From NCBI GenBank assembly GCA_027491415.1, contig JAOZFH010000061.1, positions 1 to 16,273 of the forward strand: DNA of 16,273 nucleotides, read 5' to 3'. Shown piece after piece: positions 1 through 6,186 of this stretch. Made by a program: the position numbers and the translations under genes. This DNA comes from Thermoproteota archaeon (lineage in GTDB: Archaea > Korarchaeota > Korarchaeia > Korarchaeales > Korarchaeaceae). The notes beneath the pieces were generated by a model. The model worked only from the letters and a program-made list of their open reading frames with translations. It was not told the origin of the DNA and did no database searches. How positions within the stretch are numbered: the first letter of the stretch is position 1; every line of letters starts with the position of its first letter.

Positions 1-726
1 CTGCCTGATCGCCGCCGCGACGGTGTTCGGGTCGGCTATGGCCTTGAGCTCAAGCTCGGCGTACGCTGGCCTCCCGGCGAAGTAGTGCTCGTTGGCCCTC
101 AGCCTGTACCCGACGCCCGGCTCGTACGCCTCCAGCACGTAGGGCCCGCTGCCGATGAAGGAGTCGGACTCCACGTAGGTGAAGGGGTTGTCAACCCTGG
201 ACCACACGTGCTCGGGTATGATGAACACGGTCGAGGCGTACGTCTCCAGGAAGAGGGGGAAAGGCCGGGAGAGTCTTATCACGAGGGTCATGTCGTCCGG
301 GGCCTCCGCCCCCAGTATGAGGGATGGGTCGACGTTCTTCCACCTCCATCCCTTCTCCCTCAGGTAGTTGAACGTGAAGGCCGCGTCTCGAGCGGTGAGG
401 GGCTCCCCGTCGTGCCACCTCACCCCCTCCCTCAGTCGAAACGTGTAGACCGTGCCGTTGGGAGATACCGACCAGCTCTCGGCGAGCCAGGGTATCAGCC
501 CATCCTCGTCCTTCCACACGAGGGTGTCGAAGATCAGGCTCGTCACCACGTAGCCCGGCCCCCTGGGGTAGAAGGAGAACGGGTTTGGTTGACCCCAGTC
601 TCCCCAGGCCAGGACCAATCTCTCTCCCCGGCCCCCTCCAGTTCGCGCTTCCCTAAACTGGTAGGCGGCCAGGGCGCCCAGGGACGCGACCAGCAGGGCC
701 ATAAGCGCCAGCCACCGACGACCCAT
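1..726 (-). CDS. ABC transporter substrate-binding protein, family 5 (NikA/DppA/OppA-like); 3' part lies outside the window
   Basis: Manual translation from ATG at 726: MGRRWLALMALLVASLGALAAY (signal/anchor), GDWGQPNPFSFYPRGPGY, SLIFDTLVWKD, IPWLAESWSVSPNGTVYTFRLREGVRWHDGEPLTARDAAFTFNY, IGSGPYVL. This is the family-5 SBP signature. The frame is open to base 1. Confidence 0.92.
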   Translation of the reverse strand, partial: MGRRWLALMALLVASLGALAAYQFREARTGGGRGERLVLAWGDWGQPNPFSFYPRGPGYVVTSLIFDTLVWKDEDGLIPWLAESWSVSPNGTVYTFRLREGVRWHDGEPLTARDAAFTFNYLREKGWRWKNVDPSLILGAEAPDDMTLVIRLSRPFPLFLETYASTVFIIPEHVWSRVDNPFTYVESDSFIGSGPYVLEAYEPGVGYRLRANEHYFAGRPAYAELELKAIADPNTVAAAIRQ

Positions 727-744
727 CCCAGGTCGGTCCCACCC

Positions 745-790
745 AAACAATTGTTACCAAATAAGGATTTCCGTAACATTAACAATTTTA
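745..790. promoter_or_regulatory. AT-rich promoter/operator region upstream of the SBP gene, with nested inverted repeats
   Basis: AT-rich island in a GC-rich background. TGTTAC(752-757)-N15-GTAACA(773-778) and AATTGTTA(749-756)...TAACAATT(780-787). Confidence 0.55.
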
Positions 791-953
791 CAGATGTCTG
801 GACCTAGAAGCGGCGCCGCGTCTCACCCCGGTGACCGCTGGAGCCGAGGTTATAGGGCCGAGTGGCTCCGGTCGGGGCCGTCCGCGCAGGACCTTCGGGA
901 TAGATGGCCGAAGGCGCCGGCGCACTTTTTTGCGTCCGGAGGCGCCTCAGCCT

Positions 954-1676
954 GTGAGGGTCTCGGAGGAATCTGACTGGGCCCCGGCCGCCGTGGTCTC
1001 GCTTGGGTTCATCCTCAACGCCGCGATAGCGCTGAGGGGCAGGAGGGCGGAGTCGGACCTGATCCTCACGGCCTGCTTCGCATTGGCGCTGATTCTCACT
1101 GGGGCGCGGTACTGGAGGCCGGGGCTGGCCCTGCCACCAATCGGCTCGGCGGTTGGGCTCGCGTTCGAGGTCGTCGGAGTGCGCTACGGGATTCCGTTCG
1201 GGAGGTATTCTTACTCCGAGTTCGGCCCGGAGATCCTCGGGGTCCCGGTTCCGGTGGTGATCGCCTGGGGTGTCTACCTCTTCGTCTGCTACTCGGCCGC
1301 CTCCTCCCTGACGCGTCGGGCCTGGGCGAGGGTGGCCCTCGCCTCGGCGATGATGGTTGCGCTGGACCTGGCCGTCGACCCCGTCATGGTGGCCCAGGGC
1401 GCCTGGTCCTGGGAGGAGGGGGGTCCGTGGTTCGGGATCCCCCTTTCCAACTTCTTGGGCTGGTTCACCGTCTCGGCCGTGGCCCTCTGCCTCTTCACCA
1501 AGATCTTCGGTGGCGCCCTCCCGCCGCGGACAAGCCCGATGTGGAGGGTCGCCTACATGGCGTCGTTCGTGCCCCTGATGTCGGTGGCCCGGGGCGCTGC
1601 GGTGGTCCCCGCCCTGCTCGCCCCCGCCGTCGGAGCGGCGCTGCTGTGGCTAGGCTCACACCTGGATTTCTCCTGA
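954..1676 (+). CDS. Carotenoid biosynthesis family membrane protein (CruF-like 1,2-hydratase family)
   Basis: Motifs EVVGVRYGIPFGRYSY, LGVPVPVVIAW, DLAVDPVMV and WFGIPLSNFLGWF, with multiple TM segments. Start placed at in-frame GTG 954 (GGAGG at 938-942); the ORF track opens the frame at 831. Confidence 0.85.
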   Translation: MRVSEESDWAPAAVVSLGFILNAAIALRGRRAESDLILTACFALALILTGARYWRPGLALPPIGSAVGLAFEVVGVRYGIPFGRYSYSEFGPEILGVPVPVVIAWGVYLFVCYSAASSLTRRAWARVALASAMMVALDLAVDPVMVAQGAWSWEEGGPWFGIPLSNFLGWFTVSAVALCLFTKIFGGALPPRTSPMWRVAYMASFVPLMSVARGAAVVPALLAPAVGAALLWLGSHLDFS

Positions 1677-1701
1677 GCCCCTTTGGAGATAAGGGGAAGA
1701 G

Positions 1702-1761
1702 CGGGCTCAGGTCGGCACTGCATCTTCACGCCTCCGCGCCCCATCGCGTCATCATCGCCCG
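1702..1761 (-). ncRNA. Archaeal box C/D methylation-guide sRNA
   Basis: Minus strand reads CGGGC-G-ATGATGA (box C)-CGCGATGGGGCG (12-nt guide)-CGGA (D')-GGC-GTGAAGA (C')-TGCAGTGCCGAC (12-nt guide)-CTGA (box D)-GCCCG. It has a 5-bp terminal stem, is 60 nt long and intergenic, and has a TTTTA element about 27 nt upstream. Confidence 0.88.
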
Positions 1762-1785
1762 GGGGGCATTCGTGTCGGACTCGGG

Positions 1786-1792
1786 TAAAAGC
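1786..1792 (-). promoter_or_regulatory. Candidate TATA-like element of the C/D sRNA
   Basis: GCTTTTA on the minus strand, 25-31 nt upstream of the predicted sRNA 5' end at 1761. Confidence 0.4.
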
Positions 1793-1912
1793 GAGGCGGG
1801 TGCGGTCGGTCGCTCAAGCGAATGCCATGAGTTTCAAATAGATTGTGGAGACGCGGCGGGCGGTTCACGGTTAGAGATAATAATTCCACATCTCCTCTGA
1901 ACTTGAGACGCA

Positions 1913-2425
1913 ATGTACCCTCCCCCGGTAAAGGGCGGGGCAGGCCTGTCGAGGCTCGCCGCGGAGACCCTCCTCTTGGTACTCGGACTGATTCTCGCCC
2001 TGCTGGTCTTCGGCCCAATAGGTTCGTACGCCTCGAGCGCCCTCTTTGGGACGACCTCCATCTCGGCTCCGTCTACTCTGGGGATCTACGGGGCCTACTT
2101 TGCCCAGTCTAGCTGCACCTCCGGGACGTGCATGGAGGTGAGCGTGAAGAACGATGGGCCCATGGAGCTGCGGAACGCCAGTCGGCGCGGGGCCTGGATA
2201 CTAATCGTGGACGACTACTACTGCGGGGAGCCGGACTACGTCTACATCGGTGGGGACGACGTCCTAGGGGTAGGCGAGGTGGCCACCCTCAGGTGGTCGG
2301 ACAACCAGTGCACCAGGTATGCGGGACGCTACACGTCAATCTACGCCACATCGAAGGAGCACCACATGCTGAAGCTCTACGGACCCCAGGGCACGTTCGC
2401 TGTATACTCCTACTATCCGGGGTGA
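1913..2425 (+). CDS. Archaeal type IV pilin-like / ArlG(FlaG)-like surface protein (paralogue 1)
   Basis: Short leader, then G|LSRLAAETLLLVLGLILALLVF (class III-like signal plus hydrophobic helix). Beta-rich domain with VSVKNDG, LGVGEV and KLYGPQG; 4 Cys. AT-rich ATAATAATT about 30 nt upstream of the ATG. Confidence 0.65.
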   Translation: MYPPPVKGGAGLSRLAAETLLLVLGLILALLVFGPIGSYASSALFGTTSISAPSTLGIYGAYFAQSSCTSGTCMEVSVKNDGPMELRNASRRGAWILIVDDYYCGEPDYVYIGGDDVLGVGEVATLRWSDNQCTRYAGRYTSIYATSKEHHMLKLYGPQGTFAVYSYYPG

Positions 2426-2937
2426 TGGCCGTGTGGACTCCGGCTGGCAGGCCCGGGATATCCAGAACGGCCACGGAGGCCATCCTCATCGTGATGGCGA
2501 TCATGGCGGCGGTGGCCCTCGTCAGCTACGGCAAGGGCTCGGTTGGATCCGCGACGGCGAGGTTTGGAGCGGCCTCCTCGGCCCACCTGCAGGCCATGGG
2601 CGGAGGAGTAGTAGATGAGACGTCGAGCAGCATCTACTTCGTCGTGTACGTCAGGAACCTGGGACCGACGACCGTGGGAGACCCATCCCTCCCCCCATCC
2701 GAGATCCCCGGCATGTGGCAGGTGTTCGTGAACGACGCACGCTGCGTGGTCAGAAGGAGCTACATCCGCCAACACGCCCCGGATCCCTCCCTCGAGGATA
2801 ACGCAGCGATGGATGTCGGCGAGGTCTGGGAGTTCGGGTTTAGGTGCCCAAAGAGTTCCGTTCAGCCGTCGGATCGTTACGAGGTCGCCATCTACGGACC
2901 CGGGGGAGCGAGGGTGTTCGTGGCCCTCCAGCCGTAA
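2425..2937 (+). CDS. Archaeal type IV pilin-like / ArlG(FlaG)-like surface protein (paralogue 2)
   Basis: ATG overlaps the upstream stop (TGATG 2423-2427). GRPG|ISRTATEAILIVMAIMAAVALV, then VYVRNLG, WQVFVND, MDVGEV and AIYGPGG, colinear with paralogue 1. Same length, 170 aa. Confidence 0.68.
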   Translation: MAVWTPAGRPGISRTATEAILIVMAIMAAVALVSYGKGSVGSATARFGAASSAHLQAMGGGVVDETSSSIYFVVYVRNLGPTTVGDPSLPPSEIPGMWQVFVNDARCVVRRSYIRQHAPDPSLEDNAAMDVGEVWEFGFRCPKSSVQPSDRYEVAIYGPGGARVFVALQP

Positions 2938-2969
2938 CGTCTTTTCAGCTCGTCGCTTGAACGTCGAGC

Positions 2970-3077
2970 GAGTTAATAGAGTGATAAATCTATTCCGTTA
3001 TTTTTCCAATCAGTTTGAACTGAACAGAATCTTAGGATCAAATCATTTAATAGAGGGAGCGCTCACGATTAAACGTG
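2970..3077 (+). promoter_or_regulatory. AT-rich regulatory region with TATA box TTTAATA (3046-3052) and several palindromes
   Basis: AT-rich island. The TATA-like box lies about 30 nt before ATG 3078. TTAATAGAG is repeated at 2973 and 3047. Confidence 0.55.
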
Positions 3078-3554
3078 ATGTGGGCGGTTCTCCCGTGGAC
3101 ACCAGAGTTCCCCCTGATCGGGATCTCTGCGGCGCTTGCCATAGCCGCCCTGGCGGCCATGGCCGGTTCGACTCGGCTGAGGAGGCCGCCCGCTCTCGCC
3201 GTTCTTGGGGCGCTGGCCAAGGTCGAGGGGAGGAGGGTCGTGATAGAGGTCCTCGCGGCCGGTCGGGGGGACTGGAAGATGGCCAGAGAGGCCTCTGACC
3301 CATCTTGCTGGTCACTCAGCCTACCGGAAGGAGACAGGCTGGCTCCGGATTTCGTTGAGGTCTTGCCGGAGGGTAGGAGGACGCTCTTCCTGTTGAGGTA
3401 CACTGCCAAGGGCTGGAAGCCCGTTCCCAGGTCTCAGGGGGTCCCCTTCGTCCTCAGAGGGCCGCGCGGAAGCGCGGCCGTGGGGGTCGCTAGGCTGGAC
3501 GACCGGGCGCTGAAGAGCGGCCATCCCTCCACTGGCTGGTGGGGACGAGCGTAG
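3078..3554 (+). CDS. Membrane-anchored hypothetical protein, probable divergent paralogue of the two upstream pilin-like proteins
   Basis: N-terminal hydrophobic helix. Colinear motifs PALAVLGA, VVIEVLAAG, CWSLSL and FVLRGPRGSAAV resemble those of 1913-2937. Confidence 0.6.
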   Translation: MWAVLPWTPEFPLIGISAALAIAALAAMAGSTRLRRPPALAVLGALAKVEGRRVVIEVLAAGRGDWKMAREASDPSCWSLSLPEGDRLAPDFVEVLPEGRRTLFLLRYTAKGWKPVPRSQGVPFVLRGPRGSAAVGVARLDDRALKSGHPSTGWWGRA

Positions 3555-3568
3555 ATCCCGCAGTTAAT

Positions 3569-4012
3569 ATGTGTCCCCTGCCGGGGGGTCGGGTACATTT
3601 GAGGGCCCGCACCGTCCTAGCCGCCTCGGCGATCGCGGTCGAACTCGCCGCCGTGATCCTGCTGGTACTCTTCATAGACGCCGCGATCGCGACCCTCTCA
3701 AACGTGGCCGAGTCCGGAATCCGCGTGGAGCGAAAAGATGGGGTCCTGCAGGTTCACGTGCCGGCACGTAACGGCGGGTTTGTCCCCGTGGATGTGGCGG
3801 CCTCGGTGGAGATAAGGGTGGACGGGCAGATTTCATCTGCGGACGAGGCGATTGAGAGCGTCCCACCCGGGAAATCGACCGTCCTAGATTTGAGGCTCCC
3901 GATTCCTGGGGGCCCCGATCAGGCCGAGGCAGAGCTCAACCTCCGCATTGAGATCGAGGCGTTTCACGGACTCCTGGGAATGGAGGTCTCAGGAAGGTTT
4001 GGGGGAGGTTGA
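3569..4012 (+). CDS. Hypothetical single-TM protein with a beta-sandwich (LEA_2/Ig-like) ectodomain
   Basis: N-terminal TM, then alternating beta pattern with VHVPARNGG and SVPPGKSTVL. Start is ATG 3569 or TTG 3599 (TTAATA lies at 3564-3569). The stop overlaps the next gene. Confidence 0.6.
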   Translation: MCPLPGGRVHLRARTVLAASAIAVELAAVILLVLFIDAAIATLSNVAESGIRVERKDGVLQVHVPARNGGFVPVDVAASVEIRVDGQISSADEAIESVPPGKSTVLDLRLPIPGGPDQAEAELNLRIEIEAFHGLLGMEVSGRFGGG

Positions 4013-4512
4013 AGTTGAGGGAGGGAGTAGAGCAGGGGCTGCTGTTGGCCGCCGTGTACATCCTGGGCTTGGTCGCCTTCCCGATCGCGGCCATTTGGAG
4101 GGCCCCTCCCCAGCTCCTCCAAGCGCTAAGCAGACTTGAGATAGACCCCATCGCCTTCGCGAAGACCCTGTCTTCACTCGGAATCATCCTCGCCGCGCTC
4201 GCCGTCGTCGAGAGCCTCTCGGACAGGGGGAGCCTCGAGTGGCTGTTGGCGTCCTCGGCCTCCACCCTGACTGGTCTGGTGCTGGCGGTCTACGTGGTCA
4301 GCGCCGGTCAGATCTGGTCCCTAGGCAACCCCACGGCTCACGTGGCGACCGACGGCACCTCCGTATCGGTCACGCTGAGGCTGAGGACCATCGTGCTCCT
4401 CCTCGCCCTGGGCGCGTGTCTCAGGATAGCCGGCAAGGTGGCGGAGTACCGGGAGGGGGTCCTGCCACCCGTTATCGCGAGGGAGGAGCCGAGGGCTAGG
4501 CGGGAGAGCTAG
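4009..4512 (+). CDS. Hypothetical integral membrane protein (about 4 TM)
   Basis: TTG start coupled to the upstream stop and preceded by GGAGG. Four hydrophobic segments, with a short beta-like loop before the last helix. Confidence 0.65.
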   Translation: MKLREGVEQGLLLAAVYILGLVAFPIAAIWRAPPQLLQALSRLEIDPIAFAKTLSSLGIILAALAVVESLSDRGSLEWLLASSASTLTGLVLAVYVVSAGQIWSLGNPTAHVATDGTSVSVTLRLRTIVLLLALGACLRIAGKVAEYREGVLPPVIAREEPRARRES

Positions 4513-5365
4513 CGAGCAGGTAGACCAGTCCAGGCGCGACAAGCGTGAGCAGGGAGCCCGTCACTATGGCGTGAACGGTGGCCCGCCTCCCGCCAGCTAC
4601 TGATATGGGACCCAGCGTCGTGTCCATGGCCGTCGCGCCGCCCATGGCGGCCAGGGCCTCCGGCCCAAGCCTGGCGACGGCGGGCGCCAGGACCACGGTG
4701 GAGATCTCCCTCATGAGGTTCGAGAAGAACCCAAGGGCCCCGGCCTGCGGTCCCGCCGAGGCGGCCATCAGCGGACCCGCGAGGGAGTACCAACCGAACC
4801 CAGCCGAGGCGGCCAGAGAGAGCCTCGGCCCGATCCCCAGGGCCGAACCGAGGACCCACCCAGAGGAGAGGGAGGCCGCTGCGGCGGCCGCGGGGATCCA
4901 GAGAGACTTTGCGGCGGCCCGGAAGAGTTCCCTGGGGCTCCAGCCGCTGGCCAGGTCTACCCCTACGAGGAGTATCAGGAGGTATAGCGAGGGCATCAGG
5001 AGTCCGGAGGCCCAGGGCACCCTCCCCGACAGGAGCACGCCGAGGGCCACTGCCGAAACCGTCGCAAGGGTCCAACCGAGCGCGCCGTATGACCCCGAAG
5101 CCTCAATCGGCTCAGATCGGCCCGAGATCGACCACACGAGCGCGGCGGACGCGAGCCCCGTGGAGAGGCCCAGCGCGGCTGAGATCCCTAGGAGGCGCGC
5201 CGCGCCTGCTCTGAGCGCCGGAGAGGCCTCGACCCCAACCGAGAACAGCAGGACCAGCGTTGCAATCTGAACATAGCGGGCGGCATCCGTTCGCCTGACC
5301 CTGCCGGCCGAGTAGCCCAGCGTGAGCATCGCGTAGATCGGCAGCAAGCCGGAGACGACATTCAA
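4496..5365 (-). CDS. lysO: Lysine exporter LysO (YbjE/DUF340) family membrane protein
   Basis: AGFGWYSLAGP, GALGFFSNLMRE and MGGATAMDTTL are characteristic LysO-family motifs; polytopic protein. The substrate cannot be proven from sequence. Confidence 0.85.
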   Translation of the reverse strand: MNVVSGLLPIYAMLTLGYSAGRVRRTDAARYVQIATLVLLFSVGVEASPALRAGAARLLGISAALGLSTGLASAALVWSISGRSEPIEASGSYGALGWTLATVSAVALGVLLSGRVPWASGLLMPSLYLLILLVGVDLASGWSPRELFRAAAKSLWIPAAAAAASLSSGWVLGSALGIGPRLSLAASAGFGWYSLAGPLMAASAGPQAGALGFFSNLMREISTVVLAPAVARLGPEALAAMGGATAMDTTLGPISVAGGRRATVHAIVTGSLLTLVAPGLVYLLASSPA

Positions 5366-5369
5366 GGGC

Positions 5370-6086
5370 TCAAGCCCCCAGCGCGTGGAGGGCGTAGAGC
5401 ACCGCGGCCGAGACGGCGGGCACGGTTATGTTGTCGTCTATGTAGGGGAGCTTCTCAACCACGGTGGCCGCCAGGGCGGACGCCACGCCGGCCACCCCCT
5501 TCACGGCGGCCCCGATGGGGAGCGAGACCAGGAGCATGGCAAGGCTCCCCCAGGCGCCCTTCACCCAGTCCCTGTAGACTACGCTCCTCACCACCCCCGT
5601 CACCCCGTCTCCGTAGGCCATGAACAGAGCCGGCACCACGGCGAGCCACTTGTCCACGTACCAGAGAGAGGTGTAGAGGGCCGCGAAGCTCACGCAGAAC
5701 CAGGTGTCGCCGAAGTTGTTCTTCACCTGGTACCAGTCCAGCTCCCTGCCCCATATCCTGGGGATGAGGGTCATGAGGGCCATTCCGACGGCCCCAATTA
5801 TCGGGACTGTGGGCGTCTCGAAGATGAAGGGGGACAGCGCGGCCACGAGGCCGCCGGTGGTGAAGTGGATGAACTTCCTGGCGATGTACTTGTTGAGCCT
5901 CGCGGAGACCACCTTGGCCGCCTTGAAGACCATCAGGAGTATCCAGCCGACGAAAATCCCTCCCAGAGCCACCTCGTATGGCTTTGGGGGCCACGCGAAG
6001 AAGACTGCTGCTGAGAAAGCGCCAGCCACTGCGAGAGTGAGCGCGGTGAGCGCGCGGGGACCCCTGAGCTCCACCCGCAATCCCAC
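5370..6086 (-). CDS. CTP-dependent isoprenoid-alcohol kinase (dolichol/phytol kinase-like)
   Basis: ARKFIHFTTGG, MAYGDGVTGVV, KGAWGSLAM and IDDNITVP motifs. Start moved to GTG 6086, about 25-30 nt downstream of TATAATAAA (6116-6108, minus strand). Confidence 0.85.
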   Translation of the reverse strand: MGLRVELRGPRALTALTLAVAGAFSAAVFFAWPPKPYEVALGGIFVGWILLMVFKAAKVVSARLNKYIARKFIHFTTGGLVAALSPFIFETPTVPIIGAVGMALMTLIPRIWGRELDWYQVKNNFGDTWFCVSFAALYTSLWYVDKWLAVVPALFMAYGDGVTGVVRSVVYRDWVKGAWGSLAMLLVSLPIGAAVKGVAGVASALAATVVEKLPYIDDNITVPAVSAAVLYALHALGA

Positions 6087-6105
6087 CGGGCGGGTGGGTT
6101 CGTCG

Positions 6106-6117
6106 AATTTATTATAC
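6106..6117. promoter_or_regulatory. AT-rich TATA element between the divergent kinase and methyltransferase genes (possibly bidirectional)
   Basis: AATTTATTATAC is the only AT-rich patch in the 100-nt gap. It is flanked by inverted repeats CCCACC/GGTGGG and GCGCCGAAG/CTTCGGCGC. Confidence 0.55.
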
Positions 6118-6186
6118 CCTCGCGCCGAAGGTCCCCGCCGGTCCAGGGGCTTCGGCGCCACGTCAGGCGGTGGGCGGTCGATCCGC

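Noticed and set aside
85-807. 240-aa plus-strand ORF
   Set aside because: Antisense shadow of the clear family-5 SBP on the minus strand.
2128-2424. N-terminal 99 aa of the 269-aa ORF 2128..2937
   Set aside because: Out-of-frame overlap with paralogue 1. The signal-like N-terminus begins at ATG 2425, coupled to the upstream stop.
1913-2937. Archaellum (arl/fla) operon
   Set aside because: No archaellin, ArlH, ArlI or ArlJ in the window; only fold-level resemblance to ArlG.
5704-6186. N-terminal extension making the methyltransferase 764 aa
   Set aside because: Antisense to the kinase gene and runs through the promoter; GC-rich open-frame artefact.
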